NCBI RefSeq assembly: GCF_000142905.1 | Contig: NW_013657670.1 | Span: 273,498 to 337,497, forward strand | From: Thecamonas trahens ATCC 50062 | Taxonomy: Eukaryota; Protista; Apusomonadida | Reading direction: 5' to 3' | DNA length: 64,000 nt | In this document: one piece after another, positions 1 through 11,546 of the stretch | Numbering within the stretch: position 1 is the stretch's first letter | Layout of the letters: each line of letters opens with the position of its first letter | The notes under the pieces: generated by a model | What the model saw: the letters and a program-made list of their open reading frames with translations, nothing else | The model's database searches: none | What the model was told of the DNA's origin: nothing | Position numbers and translations under genes: made by a program

Positions 1-1
1 G

Positions 2-3000
2 GAGCTGCTCCGGGCTCACTCGGAAGTCGAGCTCGACGCGCTGGCCTCAACACCGACGCCGCGGAGTCAGGGCGAGGCACCGAGGCTACTAACGGCGTCG
101 CCGAGGCCCAAGTCGGTGAGTCGGACAAGCAAGAGCAAGCGGCCGTCACTCAAGTCATTCAAATCGTCGACCAAGGCGTCGACCAAGGCGTCGGCCAAAT
201 CGTCGGCCAAGTCGTCGACAAAGTCGCACCGCCGCTCCGACTCGCGCGCCTCGGCCGCAGGTGACTCGTCCGACTCGGACTCGGGCGCGCCGGACATTGT
301 TGTGGCGCCAGAGGTCAGCGATACTGGACCTATCTTTGCGTACCGCGCCGTCTCGGTTACGCCGCGCATCCGTTTCGAGTTTGTGGCCGATGCCGGGCCC
401 GAGTCGCCTGTTGCCGAGCTCCACATGCACAAGCGGGTGCTTGGTGTGGTCGGCGTTGGGGCGTGCTCCGAATTGCTTGGAGACGCCGCGTATACCCGCC
501 TAACTGCCGAGGCTGCCGCCTACCCGTTTGCGCTGCAGACCCGGGCGTATGCCTTTGACCCGCCGCTCGACTATCGCGACGACGACGACCGCTTTGTCGT
601 CATTCCGTCCAACAGAGTCGACTTTTACGTCGATCGCCTGCTTGCTGACTTTGGTGAGGCGCTGGTCACCTCGTTTGAGGTCTCACTTGCTCACCTGCGT
701 GACTCGCCAGCGCCAATTGTCGCACCAGCCCTCGGCCGCGACCCCGAGTCAGCCAGCAAGCTCCGCAAGCTCAAGCCCGGCCGCCTCGCGAAGATCATTG
801 GCGACTGTGCCCTGCTCGCCGGCTCGCCGCTCGATGGCGCCGCTTACCACAAGAGAGCTATCGACCTCACTGCCGCCGCCTCTGACGAGCTCTGGCTCGC
901 TGGTGCCCAGGAGGGCTACGCTGCCGCTCTGGTCCTCGCCTCGCAGCACGGCCTCGCATCCGACACTGACGTCGACTGTGACATTGCTGCCACCTACCGC
1001 GAGGCTATTGACCACTACGCTGCTGCCAAGCTTCGCAGCCTCGAAGTCGAGGCCCGCCTCAAGCTCGGCCTCTTTTACGCCTCCACCGGTGACACTCTTG
1101 CAGCGGGCGCCTGCATGATGGACGCCCATGCCCGGTTTCAGGACGCCAAGGCCTCTGCCGAGGTCCACGACCGCATCCTTCTCTTCAACACCATGGCTCA
1201 AGTGTTTCTTTCCATCGGCTACGCGCGCAAGGCCGCGTTCTTTCTCCGCCAGGCCGCGCTCGAGCAGGCCGACCAGGGCGCGCCCGGCACCGGCACCGCC
1301 CTCCTCGCCCTTGCAGCACCGGTCTTTGGCCTCTCGCTCTCGCAAATCAACTCGGACGCGCTCCTGCCGGGCTGGTCGCTCGCGACCCAGCAGAGCGACC
1401 CGAGCCTACCGGCGGCTGCCCCAAACGCCGTGGTGGTTCCGTTTGCAGCTTCGGCCCGCCTCTCTTGGCCATACCTGCAGGTTCTTGTCATCAAGGACCT
1501 CATCGAGCTTGGCGCGCGCCTCCCGGACCAGACTGCCACCCTCAAGTACATGGCGTATCTTCTCGCTCGCATGCATCCCTTTCTCGATGAGCGCTCGCAG
1601 CGCGAGTTCTGCAAACGCCTGGCATTGCTCGCCTCGTCGCTCGGCTCTGTGCCTTTGATCTCCACCCCAGGTCTTCCGTACGTCAACCTCATTACCCCGC
1701 TGCAGCTCTCGTCCGAGTTCCAAGTCCACACCGTCAAGGCCGCCGGCTCGGCCGCGTCACCGTTCATCTTTTCGTCGTTTGGCGCCTCGTCGTCGTCGTC
1801 GTCGCGGCCGGGCGCCCGATTTGCCCACGGTGACGAGCCACCGGTCTTTGAGCTTGGATGTCCGGTCCATTTTGCGCTCCTTGTCTCTAACCCGCTTCTC
1901 GTGCCTCTCCACCTCGAGCACATTACCGTCCTTGTCGACGGCATCGAGTTTGTCACCGAGGCCGCTTCCACCGTCCTCCCGCCAGAGACCACCGACTACT
2001 GCGTGACTCTTACCGGCGTCCCGCTCGCAGAAGGCACCTTTACCATCACCGGCGTCTCCATGCACGTCCTTAACATGGCGTCGTCGTTCGGCGTCGATGC
2101 CCATGGCGTGGGCAAGGTTCTCGCCGGCGCCACCCATGCAGTCAAGTCCAAGAAGAAGACCGCTACTGCGTACGTTGTTGCACCTCCCCTCCCGCGGCTC
2201 AAGCTGACCTCCAATGGCGTCTCGGAGACCTCACTTCTGGTCCACGAGGGCGAGCTCTCGATTGTCTCGCTCACGCTCGAAAACGTGTCGTCTGTTGCCG
2301 TCACTAAGCTCGACATCTCAGTTCCGCGCAACCCATCGTCGATGGCGTCGATGCGTGCCAAGGCCTCTGAAGTCATCCTCTGGAACGACGACGACATTGC
2401 CTCTTTTCTTCCCCTCGAGCCTGGCGCTGTGGCCACGCTTGATCTGCGGGTGTTTGGTGTTCTGGGCGACATCCACTCGGGCGTCCATCTGACCTACGCT
2501 GCGCCGCACAAGCCTGACCTTGCCTCGTACTACCGCACTCTTGTCTTTGACATCCATGTGCTGGCCGAGCGCGGCCTGCAGGCGCTTTCGTTTGACATTT
2601 TACCTGTACATCTCGCACTCGATGCCCCGTTGGTCTCGGACGAGCAGGTCGCGCCGGGCGCCGCCGCCGAGGTGGACGACCTCGCCCGCCACGCTCACGA
2701 TGACGGCGTGCTCGAGCTCTCAGCCTTGTTCCCGGCCAGTACCGAGTCCCACGACGACCATCCGTCGCATGATGTTCTCCTTGTCTTTGCCGTCGCTAAC
2801 CGCACCTCGGGCACCTTCCATCTCTCAGTCGGCGTCGCGCACGACCACGTTTCGCAGCTGCGAACCGCCACCGACCCGCGCGATGTCTTTGCACCGGTTC
2901 ACTGCATTGCGCTCAACCAGCTGCTCGAGGAGCAAGCTGCAGCACGCGACGGAGTGCCGGACCGCTTTGTTACCCGCGTTGTGTCCATCGAGCCAACCAC

Positions 3001-3787
3001 CGTGGAGCGCATCGCTGTGCCAATACCTCGGTTTGCGCTCGCACAGGCGCTACTGGACACACCAATCCGGCGCCTGTTTCCGGCATGGTCCAAGACCCAG
3101 TCGGCGCTCAAGACCAAGCCATCCAAAGCAGACGATGTCCGCATGCAGCACCTCATGTACTACAAGCTCGCGCTGCTCAAGCTTGTCCGCCTTCGCTGGT
3201 TCTCATCCTTCAACACTTCGGGCATTCTCCCGCTCGACGCTCTTGTCCTCACCCCATCGATGGTAGCTACGCTGACGCCGGACCCGGTCTCGCTCTCGCT
3301 CTCGTTTGACGCCTTTGGCCACGACGCGTCGGCACCCAACTCCTCAGGCTCGTTTGTTCTCGTCGCCCCGCACGCACTCGGCTCGATCACACTCAGGTTC
3401 CGCAACGCAGGCGCGGACCCGGTCTCGCTCTCTGTCCGCATCGTACTCGCCCAACAAGTGGCGTCCCGCCTCGCCTCAACCGCAGACGCTGCGACCGGAG
3501 TGCCCAACGTGGTCATCGACGGCATGCTCGCCTTTGACACTGGCCCCATGATGCCCGGCACATCGTTTACTCACTCGCTGGCTGCTGCCTTTACTGCTGA
3601 CGGTGAGGCATACGATCTCATCGTCTACGCCCAGCACACAAAGCCTACCCCGAGCTCGTCGGCGGGCTCCGCCATCAACGAGGCCGTCACTATTGTCGTC
3701 TCGTCGGCCTGCGACGAGCGCGAGCTTCTGCCGCTGCGGCGGCCGCGGACCGGCTCCAACGCCTCGTCGGTAGGACCTCGCTCGTAG
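2..3787 (+). CDS. TRAPPC9: TRAPP II complex subunit Trs120/TRAPPC9 (5' end runs off the window)
   Basis: The frame is open from base 2. GRLAKIIGDCALLAG...DELWLAGAQEG, IGYARKAAFFLR, SPFIFSSF and VSNPLLVPL match recalled TRAPPC9 blocks. Confidence 0.9.
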   Translation, partial: ELLRAHSEVELDALASTPTPRSQGEAPRLLTASPRPKSVSRTSKSKRPSLKSFKSSTKASTKASAKSSAKSSTKSHRRSDSRASAAGDSSDSDSGAPDIVVAPEVSDTGPIFAYRAVSVTPRIRFEFVADAGPESPVAELHMHKRVLGVVGVGACSELLGDAAYTRLTAEAAAYPFALQTRAYAFDPPLDYRDDDDRFVVIPSNRVDFYVDRLLADFGEALVTSFEVSLAHLRDSPAPIVAPALGRDPESASKLRKLKPGRLAKIIGDCALLAGSPLDGAAYHKRAIDLTAAASDELWLAGAQEGYAAALVLASQHGLASDTDVDCDIAATYREAIDHYAAAKLRSLEVEARLKLGLFYASTGDTLAAGACMMDAHARFQDAKASAEVHDRILLFNTMAQVFLSIGYARKAAFFLRQAALEQADQGAPGTGTALLALAAPVFGLSLSQINSDALLPGWSLATQQSDPSLPAAAPNAVVVPFAASARLSWPYLQVLVIKDLIELGARLPDQTATLKYMAYLLARMHPFLDERSQREFCKRLALLASSLGSVPLISTPGLPYVNLITPLQLSSEFQVHTVKAAGSAASPFIFSSFGASSSSSSRPGARFAHGDEPPVFELGCPVHFALLVSNPLLVPLHLEHITVLVDGIEFVTEAASTVLPPETTDYCVTLTGVPLAEGTFTITGVSMHVLNMASSFGVDAHGVGKVLAGATHAVKSKKKTATAYVVAPPLPRLKLTSNGVSETSLLVHEGELSIVSLTLENVSSVAVTKLDISVPRNPSSMASMRAKASEVILWNDDDIASFLPLEPGAVATLDLRVFGVLGDIHSGVHLTYAAPHKPDLASYYRTLVFDIHVLAERGLQALSFDILPVHLALDAPLVSDEQVAPGAAAEVDDLARHAHDDGVLELSALFPASTESHDDHPSHDVLLVFAVANRTSGTFHLSVGVAHDHVSQLRTATDPRDVFAPVHCIALNQLLEEQAAARDGVPDRFVTRVVSIEPTTVERIAVPIPRFALAQALLDTPIRRLFPAWSKTQSALKTKPSKADDVRMQHLMYYKLALLKLVRLRWFSSFNTSGILPLDALVLTPSMVATLTPDPVSLSLSFDAFGHDASAPNSSGSFVLVAPHALGSITLRFRNAGADPVSLSVRIVLAQQVASRLASTADAATGVPNVVIDGMLAFDTGPMMPGTSFTHSLAAAFTADGEAYDLIVYAQHTKPTPSSSAGSAINEAVTIVVSSACDERELLPLRRPRTGSNASSVGPRS

Positions 3788-3876
3788 CCCGTTAGCGAGT
3801 CGCCGAAGACGCAGCAGCCATCGTTCCTCTTGTCAGCCTCGGCTGCCGCGTCGTGGTGGCACAGCGACACGTGCCC

Positions 3877-6800
3877 TTACTCATCGTCCCAGAATTGGAT
3901 CACCGTTTGCTGCTTCCCTGCCAGCGAGCTAAAGATGCCTCCGCTCCTGCTTGATAAGTGATAGCTGCTGCTACTGCAACTGCTACTCGCACTGGCTTCG
4001 TCGCTCGACGTTGGCGCGCCCAACTCGGCAGAGGGAGCCGAGGACAGCGGCTTAGCATCCAGCGAGACGACATGGCTCGGCAATGTCGCTGCCGAGAGAC
4101 CCGACGTCGTGCTCCTCGACAAGCTCGCGTCCGGCACTACGAGGTTGCTGCTTGACTCGGTGTCAGTTGTCCCAGAGCTTTGTGCCGACCGAGAGGCAGC
4201 AGTGGGACGGACTCGCGCCGGAGCGCGCGCGGGGTTGTGGTCGGTCGGCTGGCGCCGCAAAATCTGGCGTGTCGGCGTTGAGGTCAAGAGATCATCGTCG
4301 CAGACAAGCGCGCTTTCGCTCGCCCCCAGGTCAGAATCGTCCACGGCTTGGCTACGGGACGCCGACGACGATGTCGACATGAGGGTGAGGAGTCGCGACA
4401 AGCCGCTTGACCGCATGGGCTGGACGCTCTGGGTGGAGAGAATGCCGGCCGAGTTGTGAGCGAGACCGCGGCTGCAGCCGTCGACGTCAAGTCGGTAAAG
4501 CTCGACCCGTCCACGACCACGCATGCTCAGCACGATGTCGTCGGCTGGCTGCGAGAGGAGCTGGATTGGGGGCGGAAGCGAGAGCCGCTGGACTATGGCG
4601 CCGTTGCGAGCGTTTCGAATCTCGACATTGGTAGACGCCACCGCCACGACGTATCCACGAAGGGCAGCAAAGGCGTTGGGGATGCAACCCCATGACCATG
4701 TCGTCCGCAGGCACCCGCGGCCGACCTCACCCGACACCGCCGAGACGGTCACCCCGCGCATGCCGTTAGCGATCACGACGTGCGAGCCGGGGCGAGAGAT
4801 GGGAACCTCCATGATCTGGGCGTTGTCGGCTGGCTGACCGACAACGTCTGCGACGGTGAAAGCAGTCAGCTGGCCGTCAGTGGTGTCGACCGAGACGTAA
4901 CCCGCGGCAAGAACGAGACCGAGTCGACCCGAGACCGGAAAGTAGGACATGGCTCTGGAAGGGCCGTCGAGCTTGAGCGTGGTCCAGTGAATAAACGTGG
5001 GTGTTTCCCACACGTAAACCTCGACGCGTGACTTGACGGCGATGGCAAGCTGCGGTGCGCGACCGGGCCGCGACGAGACAACCACGTCGTGGGCGCGCTT
5101 GGTCCGCTTGTCCAGCGAGTGCCGGATCCACGGGCCAATGGAGCCGAGAAATATATAGTCGACCGGATACTTGGATGCCCGGTAAAGAACGATGGCGATT
5201 CCAGCGCTGTCAATGACGGCAACCTTGGCCACCGGGCGTGAGACAACTTGCTCGGCGATAGCCGCCGCATCGGGCGCCGAACACACAACTCCCATCTCGC
5301 CGGCACCGGCGGTGACGTACACTTGCTGGCCAGAGCCCCACTGGGTCCAGGCTGCAAGACTGTCGTCGCTCTCTCTCAATCGCAGTGGATACACACCCGA
5401 CAAGTGATTGAGGACAAATGCAGTACGCTCGGCGGCCCTGGCGACGAGTGGAAGAACAGACGCGTGGCGATGAAAGCCAAGGAGCGGCGGTGTGACGACG
5501 GTGTCGATGTCTGCCGCGGCACCGGACTTGGGGCCAACTATGTGACCCGGCTGATCGGCGAGCACAGCTCGGTACAGCTTGGTGAGTGCGTCGGCTCTAG
5601 TCGAGACTTGGGTGTCGAGCGCGTCGGGTGAACCACCGCGGTGGGCAGCAGCCAGTCCGTTGAGCACAGAAGTGAGGATGATATGAGCAGTAGTGGTGCC
5701 AAGCGCATGGACGCGCGGATCCGGAAGCGAGCCAAAAAGTCCGTTGCCAGCCCGCCATGCGAGCTGGTAGGTCAAAAGCGTGCCCGGAGCCTTTGGATGT
5801 GGAGAGACAACAACAACGACTTGAGTCGCAGCTGCTCCATGTTGGCCATCGAGCACGCTGGGATCAAAGCAATCGTTGGCGCGCTCGAGAAAGACGATGA
5901 GCGCCGGCGCGCCGAGAACGTGAGACTTTCGCGTTGCAATCGCTGGGCTATCGCTCCCGAGGGCAGACGGAATGTACGGCGCGACCTTGAACATAATGTC
6001 GCGGTGAGAGATGCGAGTGCAGACCGAGAACGCGCCTGTCTGCCCGCCCTTGATGTCAAGTCCACCAGAGAATCCTTCCCACCCGCAAAGATCGACGTGT
6101 GTACCGAGCGTGTCGACAAAGTTGCAGAACTCGTCGTCATGCTCGGGGTTGAGCTCGTTGGCCAGTATGTCGGCGACCGAGGTCTGACCTGGCCGGACCA
6201 TCATGACTCCGATCTCTGCTGTCCGTGGAAAGGCCTGGTCTTCGAGATTCAGCAGCCGCTCGACGCCCATCGCCCCAGTGACACACACAAACTTGTTGCG
6301 CGCCTTGCACAGAATCGGATCGTAGACTGCAAGCGCGAGAATGAGGTCTTTGCGAAAGTTCTTGAACTCGCAGCCTGGGTAGGCAACAAACGGGACGATG
6401 CCACCACGGCCCGACCAGACCACGGCGCGGACGAGCTCCTTGCCGGCCTCGAGGCAGCGCATGACCGAGACGGCAACGACGCCGTACGAGCTCCCGCGCC
6501 AGCCGCGGAGATCGGCCACAAAGTTGGCGTGCTCTGCGTTGAGAAAGTACAGTCGGTACCACGCGGCAAGCATCTTGGGCGCCTCCTCGACCACAGGGAT
6601 ACTCTCCTTGAGCAGGGCAGCCGGCCAGTGTCCTGGCTCGTCAGTCATCCAACTCTCAAGCTCGGGCTCGTCACCAGCCTCACCGTCGCCAAGGGATCGG
6701 ACGCCTGTCAGCAGCGACGGCGATGCATCCGCCAAGTTTTGCGCCGACACAGCCTGACTCACCAGCGGCAGACACGACATCCTGGCGGACGCAGCTTCTT

Positions 6801-7242
6801 GCAGTGGAGGCAGCCATGCACGGGCCTCGGCTGACGCCGCAGTGTGTAGACGGGTGACTATGTTCGTGTGCGGGGCGACAATGACAACCGAGGTCGGGCC
6901 GCCTGGGTACACCGATTCCACGAGCTCGACATCACAGCCACGCATGTCGATGACACGGGCTCGGCTCCGAGCCTTGCCTGCAGCAGTCGGGCTCGACTTC
7001 TCATCGCCGTTCACTGGCGTAAGATGCAGCTGGGCTTGGACGAGCACAGCCTCGCTGCGACAAGTTGGGGGGGGGGGGGGGGGTCGCACGTGAGTCAATA
7101 AGTGTGTACACGTGGGAAGTAATTTGGCCAATGTAAGGCGAACGTACCATTTCAAGCTGTCAACACGGACAATGCCGGCGGCCTGCATCGGCGGCACACA
7201 GTGCGAGAAGGTCCAGCCTTGGCCGAGGTTGGGGAGAAGCAC
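3877..7242 (-). CDS. PH-like + Rap/Ran-GAP + CNH domain protein (GARNL3-like), paralogue A; probable intron ~7056-7147; start uncertain
   Basis: RapGAP-like WYRLYFL..EHANF, IGVMMVRPGQTS, FVDTLG..V.L.GW.GFSGGLD and IMFKVAPYIP. CNH-like LAIAVKSRVEVY and VEIRNARNGAIVQRL. A GTACGT...CGCAG intron flanks a C-run. Confidence 0.8.
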   Translation of the reverse strand: MLLPNLGQGWTFSHCVPPMQAAGIVRVDSLKWYVRLTLAKLLPTCTHLLTHVRPPPPPPTCRSEAVLVQAQLHLTPVNGDEKSSPTAAGKARSRARVIDMRGCDVELVESVYPGGPTSVVIVAPHTNIVTRLHTAASAEARAWLPPLQEAASARMSCLPLVSQAVSAQNLADASPSLLTGVRSLGDGEAGDEPELESWMTDEPGHWPAALLKESIPVVEEAPKMLAAWYRLYFLNAEHANFVADLRGWRGSSYGVVAVSVMRCLEAGKELVRAVVWSGRGGIVPFVAYPGCEFKNFRKDLILALAVYDPILCKARNKFVCVTGAMGVERLLNLEDQAFPRTAEIGVMMVRPGQTSVADILANELNPEHDDEFCNFVDTLGTHVDLCGWEGFSGGLDIKGGQTGAFSVCTRISHRDIMFKVAPYIPSALGSDSPAIATRKSHVLGAPALIVFLERANDCFDPSVLDGQHGAAATQVVVVVSPHPKAPGTLLTYQLAWRAGNGLFGSLPDPRVHALGTTTAHIILTSVLNGLAAAHRGGSPDALDTQVSTRADALTKLYRAVLADQPGHIVGPKSGAAADIDTVVTPPLLGFHRHASVLPLVARAAERTAFVLNHLSGVYPLRLRESDDSLAAWTQWGSGQQVYVTAGAGEMGVVCSAPDAAAIAEQVVSRPVAKVAVIDSAGIAIVLYRASKYPVDYIFLGSIGPWIRHSLDKRTKRAHDVVVSSRPGRAPQLAIAVKSRVEVYVWETPTFIHWTTLKLDGPSRAMSYFPVSGRLGLVLAAGYVSVDTTDGQLTAFTVADVVGQPADNAQIMEVPISRPGSHVVIANGMRGVTVSAVSGEVGRGCLRTTWSWGCIPNAFAALRGYVVAVASTNVEIRNARNGAIVQRLSLPPPIQLLSQPADDIVLSMRGRGRVELYRLDVDGCSRGLAHNSAGILSTQSVQPMRSSGLSRLLTLMSTSSSASRSQAVDDSDLGASESALVCDDDLLTSTPTRQILRRQPTDHNPARAPARVRPTAASRSAQSSGTTDTESSSNLVVPDASLSRSTTSGLSAATLPSHVVSLDAKPLSSAPSAELGAPTSSDEASASSSCSSSSYHLSSRSGGIFSSLAGKQQTVIQFWDDE

Positions 7243-7308
7243 ACCTACGTGGTTATTTGCATTTATGCCCGCACGGTAAATGCCCGTTGTGAGTCAAGAT
7301 TCTGACTT

Positions 7309-10300
7309 TTAGTTGGGCGTGATAATGAGAGGGCCGTCACACTCCCAGTACTCATCGGTAGCAGCAACGCGCGAGGCCGAAGAGGCAAGATTGCGGAGCG
7401 AGGCAGCCAGTGCGTCCGAGTCGTCCGAATCGATCAGGTCCGACCAAGCCGTGTACGATTCGGCGTCCGAGTCCGAGTCCGAGTCCGAGTCCGAGTCCGA
7501 GTCCGAGTCCGAGCCTGTGTCCGAGTCCGAGCCTGTGTCCGAGTCCAAGGCCACCATCGATGCGTGAAGGGCCGAGAGCGAGTGAGACATGACGGCCTGG
7601 CCGCGAGCCTGGTGCTCTCCTCCGCATTCCACACCGAGTGTAGCTTGGAGTTGGGCGAGAGGGTGCCGACAGAGACCGATAAGCACGATGCCGAGGTGGG
7701 CGGTGGCGTGTCGAGTACCTCGGGCAGCGAGCTCCAGGTCAAGTCGCTGGGGAGGCAAATCGAGACATCAAAGCACCGCTGCGAGGAGCCCATGCGAATG
7801 TCGATGCTGCGATCCGGTTCGTCGTCCGAATCGGACTCGGACACGTTGTGTGAAGGTTGGTTGATCGAATCGACGCCTGCGTCATCGGCATCCCCAAAGG
7901 CGTCCGATGAGTCGGAGATGGCCGGGCCACCAAATACCGAAGATGAGCTCCCGGCCGACGAGCGGCCAAAGACCTCGTCGTCGCTTTGGGCCGAGTCGGG
8001 CACGGTCGACGACCACGAGGTAGACATGGACTCGTCGTCGCCACCATCTGCAAGCATAGTGTAGCTAAACGCAGCTAGTGACGAGGTCGACATCAGCGAG
8101 AGTGCCTTGACAAGCTCATAAGAGCGGGTGTATGAGCTTTGCGAGTCGGAGAGGCCGGAGGAAGTGACTGTGGCGAGCTTGGTGTCAACCGCAAACGCAA
8201 TCTTGTAGACCGACCGCCTGTGGCCGGTCTCTGCGGCCACATATGCGACGAGGCAATCGCTCGAGAGGAGGCGGAGCGGGGGCGCAAGCACGAGTCGCTG
8301 GACAATGGCACCGTTGCGGCCGTTGCGGATCTCGATATTGGTTGATGCCACCGCCATGATGTATCCGCCGAGCGTGGTAAACGTGTTCGGGATGCAGGTC
8401 CACGTCCACGCCTTCCGCTGGGCGTCGACGCTGTTGCTCACCACAGCGTCTGACGGCACGGTGACGGCGCGCATGCCATTGGCGACGACAGTGTGCGAGC
8501 CTGGGTACGAGCCTGGGATCTCCATGACTTGCGCGTTGTCAGATGGCATACCGACGACGTCTGCGACGGCGAAGACGGTGAGACGACCGTCGGTCGTGTC
8601 GACAGCCACGTAGCCAGTCGGCAAAACGAGGCCAAGTCGTCCTGTGGCTGGAAAGTAGGTCATGGCCATGGATGGGCCGTCGAGCTTGAGGGTGGTCCAG
8701 TGGACGAGCTCTGGTGCCTCCCACACAAAGACCTCAATGCGCGACTTGACGGCAATGGCGAGCTGCGGCGCACGACCGGGGAGCGACGAGGTGATCATGT
8801 CGTGTGCACGCTTGGTCGCCTTCCCCAACGTCCGGCGCATCCACTCGCCGATCGAGTTAAGATGGACGTAGTCGATAGCATACCTGTTGCGCTCGTATCG
8901 AACGACGGCGAGAGCTGGTTTGGCCATGACTACAACCTGCGCCACAGGCCGCTTGAGCACCTCGCGTGGCTTCCGCTCGCTGCCGATGCGGAGGCCGGTG
9001 GCGCCACCGAGCACAAACTGGCGATGGCGCCACGGTGCCCAGGTCACAAACGAGCCACAGGCGCCCCTGACCATCGTGGCTTTGGCGACCGTGCTACTTG
9101 TCGTGCCGATCTCCAGAGACGGCACCGCGCGACGCTCCGGACCATTGCGGCCACCGAGAAGCGGCGGTGCGTGGAGGTTACGGCTTGAAGCGACAGCGCC
9201 TATCTTGGGCCCGATGTCGAAGCCGGGCAGCTCGCTCTCCACCGCGGCGTGTAACCGTGCAAGCGTCGCCTCACGATGTTCGACAGAAAGCGTCAGACTC
9301 GGTGCGCCCGAGCTGCGCAGCGAAGTGAGCCCGTTGAGGACGGCCGTGACGACTGCGAGTGCAGTCTCTTTGCCGAGCGGAAGCAGTTGCGTCCCGCTTG
9401 GAACACCAAACCACGTGACGTTCTCTCGCCACATGATCTGGTAGCGGTAGAGGTTGGTGGCCGGATGCCTGGAGACAGCGGCGGCGATTGAAACGTCCGA
9501 GTCAGCAAAGACTGCAGCGGGATCAAACGTCGGCGGGTTGTCGTCGACTGATGGGACCATGACAATGACGGCCTGACAACCCAGCACTTGCTCGCGGCGC
9601 AGCACCTCGCGTACACCGTTTCGCGAGACATGTGGAATGTACGGCGCGACCTTGTACATGATGTCGCGGTGGCCAACCCGGGTAAAACGGAGAATGCGCC
9701 CGTCCTCCGGCCGAGCACGTCCAGGCCACCCGAGTGACCGTCCCACCCAGTGAGGTCGATGTGTGTTCCGAGCGTGTCGACAAAGTTGCAGAACGCGTCG
9801 TCAGCACCGTTTGGGTCGGACACGTCGTTGGCCAGTATGTCGTCGACCGAGGTCTGACCTGGCCGGACCATCATGACTCCGATCTCTGCTGTCCGTGGAA
9901 AGGCCTGGTCTTCGAGATTCAGCAGCCGCTCGACGCCCATCGCCCCAGTGACACACACAAACTTGTTGCGCGCCTTGCACAGAATCGGATCGTAGACTGC
10001 AAGCGCGAGAATGAGGTCTTTGCGAAAGTTCTTGAACTCGCAGCCTGGGTAGGCAACAAACGGGACGATGCCACCACGGCCCGACCAGACCACGGCGCGG
10101 ACGAGCTCCTTGCCGGCCTCGAGGCAGCGCATGACCGAGACGGCAACGACGCCGTACGAGCTCCCGCGCCAGCCGCGGAGATCGGCCACAAAGTTGGCGT
10201 GGTCTGCGTGGAGAAAGTACAGTCGGTACCACGCGGCAAGCATCTTGGGCATCTCCTCGACGACCGGAAGATGCGGAACCCAAATCGGGGAGCTGTCAAT

Positions 10301-11002
10301 AACCCAGCCATTTGGTTGTGCGAGTGCGAGATCATAAACAGCAGGGCGCACGTCCAGTGGCAAGTCCGGCATACCGCTCCGCGAATACTCGGTGCTGGTG
10401 CCGATGACTCGTGGCTCGATGGTACTCGATGAACTTGCGCGGGACAGTGTGTCGTCTCCGCGGCTGGAGAGGCTCGAGTGGTTGTGGTTTTCGTACGAGA
10501 CCATGGCGTCGGTTGCGCGACAGACGATACGCGGCGCTCGGCGGGCTTTGGAGAGCCACTCGAGCCACTGGTCGGCCTCGGCGGCGGTGGTGGTCGCCAT
10601 CACCACCGCTTCACACTGACCAGAACACTTGATGTGGATCATATGTGATGATGACGGGCCCATGTCTAGCTTGACCACGCGATGAAGGTGCATGTCGATG
10701 TATCGTGTGGCGTCGGGCGCAAAGACAACAGACTCGTCGTCGAGTGAGCCCTTGGAGTTCTTCGACTCGCATGGGCGGAGCATGAACATGTTTCCTTCAA
10801 GAAGAGCTTCAAACGGTATCCTGTCACTCTCATCACCCACGCAACCCACCCCCGTGACATGGTTCGCTCTGTGAGTGCACGTCTGCCTCTTGCCAGCGCC
10901 AATGGCCTGGCTTGGGTCAAGACCGGACGAGCGGGTTTTTTTTGGGCTGGTGGAACCCATCGTTGACCTCGTTCCTGCCACCGACCATGCCTCCAGGGCC
11001 AT
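7309..11002 (-). CDS. PH-like + Rap/Ran-GAP + CNH domain protein, paralogue B; apparent frameshifts at ~9685 and ~7600
   Basis: ORFs 9293-11002 and 7434-9746 join by a 1-nt shift (GAFSV|FTRVGHRDIMYKVAPY versus paralogue A GAFSVCTRISHRDIMFKVAPY). The acidic SD-repeat tail lies in the 7309-7758 frame. Confidence 0.75.
7466..7545 (-). repeat. (GACTCG)n hexamer microsatellite, encoding a Ser-Asp repeat in the tail of paralogue B
   Basis: Tandem tccgag units are visible on the + strand. Confidence 0.85.
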
Positions 11003-11546
11003 ACCAAGCGACCTTGGCTTACCATTTTCCTGTTACTGCACGCGGTGCGAGGCGGACAAGGCCGGATACGGTCCGGGGGGCCTTGGCATGCATGCTTGTA
11101 AGGTGCCGAGTTGCGTGTGGCGCGTGGGAAGACAGCCGCTGTTGGCAGAGAAGAACTCAACTGTTGTTGACCTTCGGGATGGCATTGAAAAATCGCGCAC
11201 CATGCTTCCCAAACGTGCCAAGCGTCTGTAAACTGACCTATGTTTACGGCATGCGACTGCGATCGTGTTTACGTAGACTGCTCAGTGCAAGTCACTATGA
11301 ATGGGCCTCGTCGAAGCGGGGCGAGTCTCCCAGCGAGGGCCTGGCAGCGCCTGATGGCTGTGCGGAGGTTGGGGTGCGGGCCAACTCTCTGACCAGAGTC
11401 GCGCCAATTAGTGTGCCAAAAGGGAGACTGCGGGTGACCAGTTTGGGCCGTCCTGCAGCAACCAGTGCCGAGGGCGAGCTGTGTCCGCAAGACTGCCTGG
11501 CGAGCTGCCACCGAACTCTGGCTTGCTGCAGTGCAGCCCACCAGCC

